From: an uncultured bacterium
GTDB taxonomy: Bacteria; Chlamydiota; Chlamydiia; Chlamydiales; 2-12-FULL-49-11
Length of the DNA: 64,000 nt
Direction: 5' to 3'
NCBI GenBank assembly: GCA_964477345.1
Contig: CAYZDL010000001.1
Location: forward strand, 63,924-127,923
In this document: piece by piece, positions 9,287 through 19,140 of the stretch
How positions within the stretch are numbered: the first letter of the stretch is position 1
Layout of the letters: each line of letters opens with the position of its first letter
Program-made: the position numbers and the translations under genes
Notes under the pieces: generated by a model
The model's database searches: none
What the model was told of the DNA's origin: nothing
The model's input: the letters and a program-made list of their open reading frames with translations, nothing else

Positions 9287-11170
9287 ATGGCAATTTACAG
9301 GCTACATAAATCCAAGGCTATTCTAACCCATTGCTACCGCACCTATTTCATGCGGAAAGGTCGTTTGACCCCCCAGCAGAGTAAAGAATTTAAAAATCTT
9401 GCTCTAGAGGCACAAGAGGCCATTCTCACCTCTGATAAAGAAAAAGCAGATCACTACGTTCGCCTCGTACAGTCTTTTACTAAAGAACATTTGAAACGGA
9501 CTGGGTTTTTCCGATTTACTGAAGGGTTTGTGGCAATTTTCGTTGCCCTATTTATAGCCATCATTATTCGACAAACTGCATTTGAGCCTTATGAAATTCC
9601 TTCAGGATCTATGCGTCCGACTTATAAAGAGCAAGATCGATTAGTCGTTTCAAAAACACAATTCGGAATCAATATTCCCCTCACAACGAGCCATCTTTTT
9701 TTCAAGCCTGATGAAGTTAAGCGGATGGGAGTTGTCGTTTTTACAGGTGAAGGGATGGAAATCCCCAACGTAAAGACCCGTTATTTTTACCTCTTTCCCG
9801 GTTATCGGCAGTACATTAAGAGAATGATTGGACTTCCTGGTGATACTCTCTACTTTTATGGGGGGAAGATTTACGGGATTGATAAAGACGGAAATGACGT
9901 AACTCGAGATCTCCAACCAAAAAACCTCCAATCTCTTGAACATATCCCTTATATGTATTTGGAAGGAAAGGCAGTTGCTCCAAAAGAACCCGTGGGTGAT
10001 ATCTACTCTCCGATCGTCCTTCATCAAATGAATATCCCGATCGCTAAACTCTACCTCTCTTCTAAGCGGAATGTCGAAGCCGATTTCCTCTTAAAGCCCA
10101 ACACGACAAATAGAGCCGATCTCGAAAAATTCGATATTTACCAATTATGGGGCATTGAAAATTTTGCTACTGCACGGATTCTTAGAAAATCCGTATTGGC
10201 TAAGAAAAATGGCCTTGAAGCTCCTTTGCAATCAAGCGAGTATTATCTTGAATTAACTCATCACCAATCAGCGGCGCACCCGACTATTAATCGAGATGCT
10301 TACTTCAGAAATCGTCCCTCTGTCACGGTTGAAAAGTCTTATATCCCTCTCAATGAAAATGATCTAAAACAAATTTGGGACCATATCTATACAGGGCGCT
10401 TCGTTATTGAAAATGAGCGGCTACGTCGCTATGGAACATCTTCAAAAGAGGCGGCCAATAACTCCTTTCTCCCTAGGATCAAAGGTGGGGTTCCTGATGG
10501 AACTTACGAGTTTATTGCAGGCAAACTCTATGAGGTCAAAGCACAAGGACTTACTCAATTGGCTCCAAAGGACCACCCTCTTGCTGAATTTTCCCCAATG
10601 CGCCTATTTATCCTCTTCAATGCTGGCATCGATTGTGACATACGTTTCTTACCCGTCCATCACGACCAAACGATTCTCCCCTCTCGTTATGCCTACTTTA
10701 GAGATGGAGATCTCTACCTGATGGGCGCTAAAATCTTCGACAAAGATTCGACTACAATCCATCAATATATTGAAGAAGAAAAATTCAAGACAGAGAGGAT
10801 ATCTGATTACGTCCCCTTCATAGACCAAGGCGCTCCATTAAATGAGGATGGCACTCTCAATGTCGATAAGATCAAAACTTATGGACTTCGTGTTCCTGAT
10901 CACCACTACCTAGTCCTTGGCGACAACCACGCGATGAGTGGCGACAGCCGCGACTTTGGCTTTGTTCCAGAATCAAATATTCGTGGAGTCCCAAGCATTC
11001 TTTTTTGGGCCCCTGGCGGTCGCTTCGGCTTCCCCAATGGCGATCTCTACCCTCTCATCACGACGCCTCGCTTGTTCGTTTGGCTAGGGCTCATCGTCGC
11101 CTATCTTATCTACACATTGTTTCATCGAAAACTCTTTTCTCTTCCCCTTAAGTTCGAAAACGAATTATAG
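9287..11170 (+). CDS. lepB: signal peptidase I (long chlamydial-type LepB)
   Basis: Catalytic Ser box 'PSGSMRPTY', Lys box region, and 'GDNHAMSGDSRDFGFVPESNIRG'. It has N- and C-terminal TM segments and an extended ~630-aa architecture. Confidence 0.85.
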   Translation: MAIYRLHKSKAILTHCYRTYFMRKGRLTPQQSKEFKNLALEAQEAILTSDKEKADHYVRLVQSFTKEHLKRTGFFRFTEGFVAIFVALFIAIIIRQTAFEPYEIPSGSMRPTYKEQDRLVVSKTQFGINIPLTTSHLFFKPDEVKRMGVVVFTGEGMEIPNVKTRYFYLFPGYRQYIKRMIGLPGDTLYFYGGKIYGIDKDGNDVTRDLQPKNLQSLEHIPYMYLEGKAVAPKEPVGDIYSPIVLHQMNIPIAKLYLSSKRNVEADFLLKPNTTNRADLEKFDIYQLWGIENFATARILRKSVLAKKNGLEAPLQSSEYYLELTHHQSAAHPTINRDAYFRNRPSVTVEKSYIPLNENDLKQIWDHIYTGRFVIENERLRRYGTSSKEAANNSFLPRIKGGVPDGTYEFIAGKLYEVKAQGLTQLAPKDHPLAEFSPMRLFILFNAGIDCDIRFLPVHHDQTILPSRYAYFRDGDLYLMGAKIFDKDSTTIHQYIEEEKFKTERISDYVPFIDQGAPLNEDGTLNVDKIKTYGLRVPDHHYLVLGDNHAMSGDSRDFGFVPESNIRGVPSILFWAPGGRFGFPNGDLYPLITTPRLFVWLGLIVAYLIYTLFHRKLFSLPLKFENEL

Positions 11171-11194
11171 TCTTTTTTAACCTAGGAGAACCCC

Positions 11195-11632
11195 ATGACA
11201 ATCATTGAAAAGCTTAATGACGGCATCAAAGAAGCTATGAAAAGCCGCGATCAGATTCGACTTTCCACCTTACGCATGCTTAAATCGAAAATTTTAGCTG
11301 TTGACGCTCGTGCTGCCATTGCTGACACAGAGGTGGTTAAACTATTCAAAACCTATTATGGATCACTCCAAGAAGCTCTCGAGCAAGCACAAACCCTCAA
11401 TCGCTTAGATATTGCTGAGCCTCTTAAGAAAGAGCTCGTTATCGTCGAGGAGTTTTTGCCAAAGGGGCCAACTCTTGACGAGACGAAAAAACTCGTTGTA
11501 CAAGCAATCGCTGATTCAGGAGCTAAGACAAAGAAAGATTTAGGGCTCGTCATGAAAGCGATCATGAAACTCAACAGCGCAGTCGATGGCAAAACAGCCA
11601 AAGACCTTGCAAGTGAGCTTCTCTCCGACTAA
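11195..11632 (+). CDS. GatB/YqeY domain protein
   Basis: 'IKEAMKSRDQIRLSTLRMLKSKI' and the C-terminal 'KDLGLVMKAIM...DGK' are typical of YqeY. Confidence 0.8.
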   Translation: MTIIEKLNDGIKEAMKSRDQIRLSTLRMLKSKILAVDARAAIADTEVVKLFKTYYGSLQEALEQAQTLNRLDIAEPLKKELVIVEEFLPKGPTLDETKKLVVQAIADSGAKTKKDLGLVMKAIMKLNSAVDGKTAKDLASELLSD

Positions 11633-14600
11633 ACTGTCTGCGTTCCTACCTTTGTAAGTCCGATCTTCGAAGGGTTGTCATTGAGATCAACCTCTTCCCC
11701 CCCTTCACACGGAGCAAAGGAAACCTCAACGGTCAAAGTCTCTTTCTTGATCATATCGGCATATTTTTCAAAGGCTATCCGAACACTTGGGGTTGTCTCT
11801 AGAGTCAAAGAGATTCGATCAGTCACTTCAAAACCTTGCGTTTTTCTAAGAGTGTTGACCTTATTGATAATCTCACGCACGATCCCCTCTTGGATCAATT
11901 CATCTGTTAGATGAGTATCCAATGCAATCGTAATATCCCCAATGACAGCAGCAATCAATCCATCATGGACTTGCCTTTCAATCATCACATCTTCTTCGGT
12001 AAGAGAAATCACCTCTTCTCCTACAGCAATTTCGACTATTTCATGATCAAAGATCTTTTGTAATGTCCTTTGATCAAGCTGCTCGATCTGCTCTTTGACC
12101 TCGTTCATGAATTTTCCTACCTTCTTTCCAAGAACCCGGAAATTAGGCTTCGGTCTTAACTTCACAAATTTGGTTTCATCAAAATTAAATGAAATTTCCT
12201 TTACATTGAGCTCTTCTCGGATGAGATCAGCTTGATCACGAACAGCATCGATGATGTCTAGATTTGAGGAGACAATATGAGCTTGCCCCAAAGGTTGCCG
12301 TACTTTGATCTTATGCTCTTTTCGTAGTGAATGGCCTGCACCGACAATTTCTTGAGTATACTTCATCTCTTTCTCAAGCTTTGCCTCTCGGATCTGTTCA
12401 TTGACCACCGGAAAGTCGCACAAGTGGACCGATTCAGGCATCGTACCCTGTTTGAGTTCTTGATAAATCGCCTCTGCGATAAATGGAGTATAGGGTGCTG
12501 CAATTTTTACCAATGTTAAAAGTACGGTGTAGAGGGTTTCAAAAGCCTCACGCCGATCATCCGACTCTTCATCAGACCAGAATCGACTTCTAGAACGACG
12601 AATGTACCAATTTGTCAACTCATCAAGAAAGCCCACAAAAGGACTTACAGCGTTATCGAGATGATACTGATCCATCCCTTTGTCTACATCTTCGATCAAA
12701 GTTTGTAGATGAGACAAAATCCATTTGTCCATTGCACAAGTAGGTCTACTAAACGTCTCCCCTTTTGGGTCCCACTTATAAATCTCAGCATACGTTGCTA
12801 AGAAGGCGTAGCAGTTATAGAGGGGGATCATAACTTGACGCATCACCCCTTCTACCCCCCTTTCACTAAAACTGATATCATCAGCCCTAACCACAGGAGA
12901 ATTTAGCAAATATAGTCTGATCGCATCGGCGCCGTACTTATTGATCACGATTCCAGGCTCAGGATAATTCTTCAATCGTTTGGACATCTTTTGCCCATCT
13001 TCAGCCAAAACGATCCCATTAACAATCACATTCTTAAACGCCGGCTCATCAAACAAAATCGTCGAAAGAACCATCAGTGTATAAAACCAGCCTCTTGTTT
13101 GATCGAGCCCTTCAGCGATAAAGTCGGCCGGAAACTCTTTTTCCGTCTCTTTCTTATTTTCAAAAGGGTAGTGGTTTTGAGCATAAGGCATCGATCCCGA
13201 TTCAAACCAACAATCGAACACCTCATTCACCCGAACAAATTTTTTCCCCCCGTCGACAAAGTCCAAATGATCGATAAAATGACGATGGAGATCGTCGATT
13301 TTGATTCCCGTCTTTTCTTCCAATTGCGAAATACTTGAAATAACTCTTATATCCCCATCCTCTGAACGCCAGATTGGGATTGGAGTTCCCCAAAAACGAT
13401 TCCGGCTCACAGCCCAATCTCTTGCATTTTCAAGCCACTTACCAAAACGCCCCGTCTTAATATGATCGGGCACCCAATGGACCTTGTGATTATTTGCCAA
13501 GATCTTCTCTTTCACCTTTTCTACAGCAACAAACCACGTCGTCACCGCACGGTAGATAAGAGGTGCATCAGTTCTCCAGCAAAATGGATATCTGTGGTGA
13601 ATTGTCGCATGTTTAAATACCTTTCCTTCGCTCTTTAGTCGCCTAATGATCTCCTTATCGGCATCTTTGACAAACTGCCCCTCAAAATCGCTAACTTCAT
13701 GGGTATAACGGCAATTAACATCTACAGGACACACCACATCGATTTCTGCCGCTTTACAAGCCGCCATGTCATCTTCACCAAAACCAGGCGCCATATGGAC
13801 AACTCCACTACCCTCATCCGTAGAGACAAATTCCCCATTTAGGACAACGAAAGCATTCGAATGGTCGGCAAAGTAAGGAAAAAGAGGTTCATAAGATAGA
13901 CCCTTTAAGTCGATCCCCTTCATCTCAGAGAGCACATGATAACTACCTGGCTCAAAGTATGCCCCCAATCGATCCTGAGCTAAAATGACCACCTCATTCG
14001 ATTCCTTGACTCGAATTTTCACATAATCGATCTCAGGTCCCACGCACACGGCTAGGTTCATCGGCAAAGTCCACGGAGTTGTTGTCCAAACGAGCAAGCT
14101 CCCCTCGCCCCCTCTAAGCTTAAACCTCACTGTCAAAGAAGGATCATCGACATCCTGGTAGTTCAAATTAGCTTCAAAATTGGAAATCGGGGTCCCCAGC
14201 TTCGGTGAATAATGCATCACCTTGAACCCCTCATAAATTAATCCTTTCTCGTAGAGCTGACCAAAGACCCACCAAACCGACTCCATATAAGAGATATCCA
14301 TCGTCTTATAGGTCCGATCAAACTCAACCCATCGTCCCATCCGCTCGACTGTCGACTTCCACTCCTCAACATACCGAAGGACGATCTTACGACACTCTTC
14401 GTTAAAACGGGCAATCCCATACTCTTCGATCGCAACGGCACCAGACAAGTTATGCATCTTTTCGATCTCATTTTCCACCGGAAGGCCATGGCAATCCCAC
14501 CCAAAGCGACGCGGTACGCAGAACCCTTTCATCGTCTTGTAACGGGCCACGACATCCTTCAGAGTCCCCGCCAAAATATGACCATAGTGGGGCAGCCCCG

Positions 14601-14745
14601 TAGCGAAGGGAGGGCCATCATAGAAAGAAAAGTGCTTATTTTTTCTTCTTGCCTTTAGAGAAGCTTCAAAAATCTTCTTTTCCCGCCAAAGAGTCAGAAC
14701 CCGCTCTTCTCTCTCTGAAAAACTCTCCTTACTCCGCTGAAACAT
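11629..14745 (-). CDS. ileS: isoleucine--tRNA ligase (type 2, eukaryote-like)
   Basis: HIGH motif 'PHYGHIL', KMSKS motif 'KMSKRLKN', 'GWDCHGLP', and 1038 aa in length. Confidence 0.95.
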   Translation of the reverse strand: MFQRSKESFSEREERVLTLWREKKIFEASLKARRKNKHFSFYDGPPFATGLPHYGHILAGTLKDVVARYKTMKGFCVPRRFGWDCHGLPVENEIEKMHNLSGAVAIEEYGIARFNEECRKIVLRYVEEWKSTVERMGRWVEFDRTYKTMDISYMESVWWVFGQLYEKGLIYEGFKVMHYSPKLGTPISNFEANLNYQDVDDPSLTVRFKLRGGEGSLLVWTTTPWTLPMNLAVCVGPEIDYVKIRVKESNEVVILAQDRLGAYFEPGSYHVLSEMKGIDLKGLSYEPLFPYFADHSNAFVVLNGEFVSTDEGSGVVHMAPGFGEDDMAACKAAEIDVVCPVDVNCRYTHEVSDFEGQFVKDADKEIIRRLKSEGKVFKHATIHHRYPFCWRTDAPLIYRAVTTWFVAVEKVKEKILANNHKVHWVPDHIKTGRFGKWLENARDWAVSRNRFWGTPIPIWRSEDGDIRVISSISQLEEKTGIKIDDLHRHFIDHLDFVDGGKKFVRVNEVFDCWFESGSMPYAQNHYPFENKKETEKEFPADFIAEGLDQTRGWFYTLMVLSTILFDEPAFKNVIVNGIVLAEDGQKMSKRLKNYPEPGIVINKYGADAIRLYLLNSPVVRADDISFSERGVEGVMRQVMIPLYNCYAFLATYAEIYKWDPKGETFSRPTCAMDKWILSHLQTLIEDVDKGMDQYHLDNAVSPFVGFLDELTNWYIRRSRSRFWSDEESDDRREAFETLYTVLLTLVKIAAPYTPFIAEAIYQELKQGTMPESVHLCDFPVVNEQIREAKLEKEMKYTQEIVGAGHSLRKEHKIKVRQPLGQAHIVSSNLDIIDAVRDQADLIREELNVKEISFNFDETKFVKLRPKPNFRVLGKKVGKFMNEVKEQIEQLDQRTLQKIFDHEIVEIAVGEEVISLTEEDVMIERQVHDGLIAAVIGDITIALDTHLTDELIQEGIVREIINKVNTLRKTQGFEVTDRISLTLETTPSVRIAFEKYADMIKKETLTVEVSFAPCEGGEEVDLNDNPSKIGLTKVGTQTV

Positions 14746-14792
14746 CGAACTTCCTTTTTTAAGGCATCATATTACCCTAATTTTCTCTTTAT

Positions 14793-14959
14793 CCCAAAGT
14801 AAAATGAAGGGTCGGTTTTCTTATCACCGGCATCCGCATATTTTCACTCTGCTGAATCGCCACCGTCTTCGACAAAGGGCTGCTTCGAGGTTGGCTAACG
14901 CCTGACGAAAACCTGCGACGCACCCTTCAAAAATCCCTAGTCCTTCATTTTACTTTAGG
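14793..14959. other. candidate structured RNA element (identity and strand unknown)
   Basis: Closing helix of 15 perfect bp (14796-14810 vs 14942-14956), extendable to 18. Nested helices include GTCGGTTTTC/GAAAACC..CGAC and CTTCGA/TCGAGG. It lies in the ileS-ssrA intergenic region. Confidence 0.3.
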
Positions 14960-15189
14960 ACAATTCCATGGTAAATTAATGGAAAAGGGGCTAGAGTGAT
15001 GCCGAAAATACCATACCGTGAAAGATTCACAAAATTGGGATTTTTCAAAACCGTGTCCCAGTAGTTTGACCAACCAAAGGTGACCGCTAAGCAGCCCCTT
15101 GTTGAGAGACAAAAGCGATGGAGCGGAGTCAAAATACTAGGAACCAGTGAAGAAAAAGCCATTTTTTGAATTATGAACGGTATAATTAT

Positions 15190-15573
15190 GGGGGTGAATT
15201 GGTTTCGACTTGATCGGAAAGAAGTATACCGCATGCAGAGGATTTCGGTTGGCCTCTAAAAAAGCCGAAAATAAGATCTGATAAATCAGACGCATGTGAG
15301 TTCGATGAACTCGCAGTAATGGCCGCCTAAGACCTAACCGTCTAAGGTACCCGATGACTTAGAGATCGGACCGGGAGTGTTTAAGTCATCGTCATTTTTC
15401 CTGGTATGGGAAATTCCCATTTATCACTCTTGTAGGAATTTTCCGAGATTAAAAGAGTGCGTTTGCCCCAAGTAGGGCCCCTTTTAGCAAGGCAAACGTA
15501 CCCCAGAGGGACTAAGCATGTAGACGTTATTTTGGAACGATTGAGGACGAGAGTTCGAGTCTCTCCACCTCCA
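15190..15573 (+). ncRNA. ssrA: tmRNA (SsrA)
   Basis: The 5' end GGGGGTGAATTGGTTTCGAC pairs with the 3' end CACCTCC plus discriminator A, including a G3:U pair. There is a T-arm GGACGAGAGTTCGAGTCTCTCC. The internal tag ORF ends ...SDKSDACEFDELAVMAA-TAA (stop 15328-15330). CCA is not encoded. Confidence 0.9.
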
Positions 15574-15582
15574 ACGCACAAG

Positions 15583-15608
15583 GCCGGGAAATTCTCCCGG
15601 CTTTTTTT
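15583..15608 (+). terminator. rho-independent terminator of ssrA
   Basis: GCCGGGA-aattc-TCCCGGC hairpin followed by T7. Confidence 0.7.
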
Positions 15609-15712
15609 ACTTCGCAATAATTAATTTTATAAACACACCTACAGGGTTTATTTTTATTGCATAATAAACTCTAACTAAATAAAATCGCTCCATTGTTTCT
15701 GGAGATTTTTTT

Positions 15713-16381
15713 ATGATCGGATTTTCGCTTGGGGTAGCCTGCTATCAAATGCTCGACTCGGGGCTTGCCAACATATTTGTCGTTGAAACGCTGAAACATG
15801 GCACCGATCCTCTTTCCTATCTTCAAATACGCTTGCAAGGACCAAATCCAGAATATTCAATATCTGAGAGTCCAAGTACTCCTTTCAATCAACGTCATTT
15901 TTTTGTGATAAAAGAAAATGCAGCCCTATTCCACAGCATAATCTGGCCACGCTTTTTCTCTGGAACCTCAGCCTGGCGCCGTTGCGATCGCTCATTAAAG
16001 CCTTTTCCTAAATCGGTTCGAAATTTGATATCAGTGATAGGCGCTTTATCCTCAAGCTTATTGACACCAACGCTAAATTTTCGATTTTGTAAACATGAAC
16101 TGCAAGAAAATAACCGTTTTAAAAATGACCAAGGTTTTTTAGGAATCCCCCCTGAACAATCACCTGCTTACGCCACCCAATGCAAAATCGAAACATGGAG
16201 AATCGGTCTCATCGGCACTTTTCTGGTCGGTCTAAATCATGGATTATTTGAGCGTATACAAAAAAACCCGCACCGTTTTATTAAAGGAGCCATTCAGCTA
16301 ACAGGAGCAACTGCACTTATCTGGTACTCGTCGAGCTCCTCATCAACCGTATCGTTTATTGCAGGAGCCTTGCTCGGCTAA
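15713..16381 (+). CDS. hypothetical membrane protein
   Basis: 222-aa ORF with hydrophobic N-terminal and C-terminal segments ('WRIGLIGTFLVGL', 'ATALIWYSSSSSSTVSFIAGALLG'). No recognised domain. Confidence 0.35.
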   Translation: MIGFSLGVACYQMLDSGLANIFVVETLKHGTDPLSYLQIRLQGPNPEYSISESPSTPFNQRHFFVIKENAALFHSIIWPRFFSGTSAWRRCDRSLKPFPKSVRNLISVIGALSSSLLTPTLNFRFCKHELQENNRFKNDQGFLGIPPEQSPAYATQCKIETWRIGLIGTFLVGLNHGLFERIQKNPHRFIKGAIQLTGATALIWYSSSSSSTVSFIAGALLG

Positions 16382-16568
16382 ATAGACCACATTTCATTGA
16401 GAGATTGGGCCATTGAAAATCGGCATATACCTAGTGTAGGTGGCAACGGACCAGAGCGTCCTAGTTTTTATGATAGACACTGTGCATACCAGGCAGCTGC
16501 AAATGCATTCTCAAAAAAATGATCAATATGATATGATCATCTTTCTTTAAATATTAGAAGGAGGCGTT

Positions 16569-17129
16569 ATGTCACTCAGAGCTTTAATTGCAGTTGGATC
16601 GCTATTTGTTACTTTAGTTTACGGCGATGCTAGTGCCCCTAAACCAGTAGAACAAAGGCCTGTTGTGGTTTTTGAAACTACGGAGGGAACCTTTGAAGTG
16701 ACTCTCAACCCTGAAGTAGCTCCCAAGGCGTGTGAGAATTTCCTGGGGCTTGTCAATAAGCATTACTATGATGGGACCGTTTTTCACCGAGTGATTAAGA
16801 ATTTCATGATTCAAGGAGGCGACCCAACTGGCACTGGTGCAGGCGGAGAGTCGATCTGGGGCAAATCATTTACCGATGAGTTCTCACCTGCGATTAAATT
16901 TGACCATCCCGCAGTTCTCGCTATGGCAAACCGCGGTCCAAACACCAATGGAAGCCAATTTTTCATCACAACCGCCGCTACTCCTTGGTTAAATCAAAAA
17001 CACACCATCTTTGGAGAAGTGACTAGTAGCTACGATGTAGTCCAAAAGATTGAAGGGACAAAGACGGGCCCGGGAGATCGTCCAGTTGCACCCCAGAAAA
17101 TCGTCAAAATTTACTTGAAACAGTCTTAA
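16569..17129 (+). CDS. peptidyl-prolyl cis-trans isomerase, cyclophilin type, secreted
   Basis: AGGAGG RBS and a signal peptide. 'FHRVIKNFMIQGGDP', 'MANRGPNTNGSQFFIT' and 'HTIFGEV' are cyclophilin signatures. Confidence 0.9.
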   Translation: MSLRALIAVGSLFVTLVYGDASAPKPVEQRPVVVFETTEGTFEVTLNPEVAPKACENFLGLVNKHYYDGTVFHRVIKNFMIQGGDPTGTGAGGESIWGKSFTDEFSPAIKFDHPAVLAMANRGPNTNGSQFFITTAATPWLNQKHTIFGEVTSSYDVVQKIEGTKTGPGDRPVAPQKIVKIYLKQS

Positions 17130-17130
17130 G

Positions 17131-17823
17131 CTACTTGTTTACTGCTTTTTTCTCATGTTCAAGTAACCATCTTTTTCGGGCGATTCCACCACCATATCCT
17201 CCGATCTGCCCATCTGCATTGATGACTCGATGACACGGAATGACAATAGCGATCTGGTTTGCTCCATTGGCGCCACCTACCGCACGTACGGCACCGGGAT
17301 TTCCAAGAGCCTTAGCAATATCGGAATAGGAGCGCGTTTCCCCCAATGGAATCTTCATTAATTCCAACCATACGTTCTTCTGAAATGGCGATCCCACCAT
17401 TTTGAGAGGGGTAAGAAAGCCGTTTTCTAATCTACCTTTAAAGTAGTGGCGTAGTTCTTTTTCTATCGATTCAATAGGAGTTGCTCTACCTGGGACAATT
17501 GCAGACTTTGTCCTCTTTCGGAGAGTCTGAATCTCTTTTTCTAAGCCACGACGATTCACGAATTCAAGTAAATATAGGACTCTTTCATCGCTGATGGCGA
17601 TCATGGGCCCAAGAGGTGTGTCGATCCAATCGGCTTTAAGGAGATTCACCCCCTCTGAATTTATCGGCGGGCTCCCCATAATTTTGGAGAAGGCATCACG
17701 AAATCCACTTCCTGACTCATACCCTGAGTCAATCTGAACATCAATCACCGTTTTGTGCTCCTTAATTTTTTTCACCAATTCTACTAATTGAAAGAATGGC
17801 TCTGGGTGGAGATATCCCACCAC
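17131..17823 (-). CDS. methylated-DNA--protein-cysteine methyltransferase with remnant AraC-type HTH (Ada-like)
   Basis: Active-site 'IPCHRVI' and 'TRSYSDIAKALGNPGAVRAVGGANGANQIAIV'. The N-terminal 'GYESGSGFRDAFSKIMG' is the tail of an AraC HTH. GTG start. Confidence 0.8.
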   Translation of the reverse strand: MVGYLHPEPFFQLVELVKKIKEHKTVIDVQIDSGYESGSGFRDAFSKIMGSPPINSEGVNLLKADWIDTPLGPMIAISDERVLYLLEFVNRRGLEKEIQTLRKRTKSAIVPGRATPIESIEKELRHYFKGRLENGFLTPLKMVGSPFQKNVWLELMKIPLGETRSYSDIAKALGNPGAVRAVGGANGANQIAIVIPCHRVINADGQIGGYGGGIARKRWLLEHEKKAVNK

Positions 17824-17847
17824 AATAATACCCGCTACTTCATCTGT

Positions 17848-19002
17848 TCAATTTTCCGGTGCACCTTTCTTTATAATAGGCCTTAAAGCTAGCACAGGAC
17901 CAAATACTCCACTAAAAAATAGTAACGGCGCAATACCGCCCAATCCTAAAGCTAAAGATGAGACATTTGATACAAAGCCAACCAAGACAGGCCCTATTAG
18001 AAGACCTGCGAAACCAAAGGAGGTAATAATAGCTAATGCGGAATGGGGGGCAGTTTTAGTAGATTTTCCCGCTGCACTAAACAGAATGGGGACCATATTT
18101 GAAGCTCCTAAACCTATTAATAAAGCGCCCATTAATTCTGCATAAGGCCACCATCGACTTACTAAAATGATGAAACCACTTGCTGCGAGTATAGCACTCA
18201 TTTGAAATGTAATTGACTGACCATATCGCGAAACAATTCTATCCCCTAATAGTCGGCCCGTAATCATAGCAATCGAAAAAAATGCATAACCAATACCTGC
18301 ACGGGCGGTAGAGTAATGGAGGGAAGAGTGTAAAAATTCGGCGCTCCAATCTAAAATACAACCCTCACTCATAAAAGCGACAAAACACAACACTCCTAAA
18401 ATAAGCACCTTAAGCTCTAATGTCGCGGGAGAGGCTTTCGAGTGTTTTCTAGAGGACTCGTCAGGGATAAAATTTTTTCCTTGAGAAACTATGATCAGAG
18501 CAATAACTATTGAAATCAAACTTGCACAACAAAATATATTCCAGTTGTAGTTCAATAAGAGGGTTATAAACACCACTCCTAATAATCCCCCCACACTTAG
18601 TAAACAATGAAAACCCGACATAAGGGATCGACCACTTCGTGACTCTACGCTAATGGCTTGTGCATTAATAGCAATATTCATAATGCTGGTAGCGGCTCCA
18701 AAAAAAAAGAGTGCTATACCTAAATAAACAGCGGTAGGTGCAATTGTCGATATCGGCAATGATGTAAGCACAAGGAGGCTCGAAATAATAATTACTAAAG
18801 AACTGCCCCATCGATTGACTAACCAACTAGCTAATGGCATGACAAGGACTGCTCCAATTCCCTGTACCAACATGAGGAGCCCCAATTGCCCATTGTCTAA
18901 ACTCAATTGAATTTTTAAAATAGGAATCATAGGTGCCCAGCAAGCAACAGCAAGCCCCAAAGCTAAAAAAATTAATCTAGTTGCGCGATAGGATTTTTCC
19001 AT
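17848..19002 (-). CDS. MFS transporter
   Basis: 384 aa with about 12 hydrophobic segments and MFS-like loop spacing. Confidence 0.7.
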   Translation of the reverse strand: MEKSYRATRLIFLALGLAVACWAPMIPILKIQLSLDNGQLGLLMLVQGIGAVLVMPLASWLVNRWGSSLVIIISSLLVLTSLPISTIAPTAVYLGIALFFFGAATSIMNIAINAQAISVESRSGRSLMSGFHCLLSVGGLLGVVFITLLLNYNWNIFCCASLISIVIALIIVSQGKNFIPDESSRKHSKASPATLELKVLILGVLCFVAFMSEGCILDWSAEFLHSSLHYSTARAGIGYAFFSIAMITGRLLGDRIVSRYGQSITFQMSAILAASGFIILVSRWWPYAELMGALLIGLGASNMVPILFSAAGKSTKTAPHSALAIITSFGFAGLLIGPVLVGFVSNVSSLALGLGGIAPLLFFSGVFGPVLALRPIIKKGAPEN

Positions 19003-19140
19003 AAATCACCTCCTAAAGAAGTGTATGCCCTTAATCTATTATTATCGAAGGAAGTCTTCTTTTATTCTCTTTAAAATACCTTATACTGAGGTATCAGAGA
19101 GTTTTAATTTTATTTTGATTCACATTACCGCTTCTGCAAA

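Noticed and set aside
11675-14658. Antisense ORFs inside ileS (e.g. 12991..13338, 14452..14658, 13223..13417)
   Set aside because: These are shadow frames of a strongly supported 1038-aa gene. They have low-complexity or odd composition and no motifs.
14793-14959. SRP (4.5S) RNA or ileS T-box leader interpretation of the structured element
   Set aside because: The minus strand contains GAAGCAGCC, reminiscent of SRP domain IV. However, it sits in an apical 12-nt loop with no GNRA tetraloop and no symmetric-loop context. The T-box core (GGGUGGUACCGCG) is absent (only ACGGUGGCGAUUC), and I could not identify a specifier-loop arrangement. Both identities were dropped and the element is reported as unknown.
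15181-15186. TATAAT immediately upstream of tmRNA as its promoter -10
   Set aside because: It lies only 3 nt from the mature 5' end and has no convincing -35 at 17-bp spacing. tmRNA is processed from a precursor, so the real promoter is probably further upstream.
14950-15617. Track ORFs 14950..15234(-) and 15381..15617(-)
   Set aside because: Both overlap the tmRNA gene and its terminator on the opposite strand. Their sequences are simply the reverse translation of structured RNA, so they were not called as CDS.
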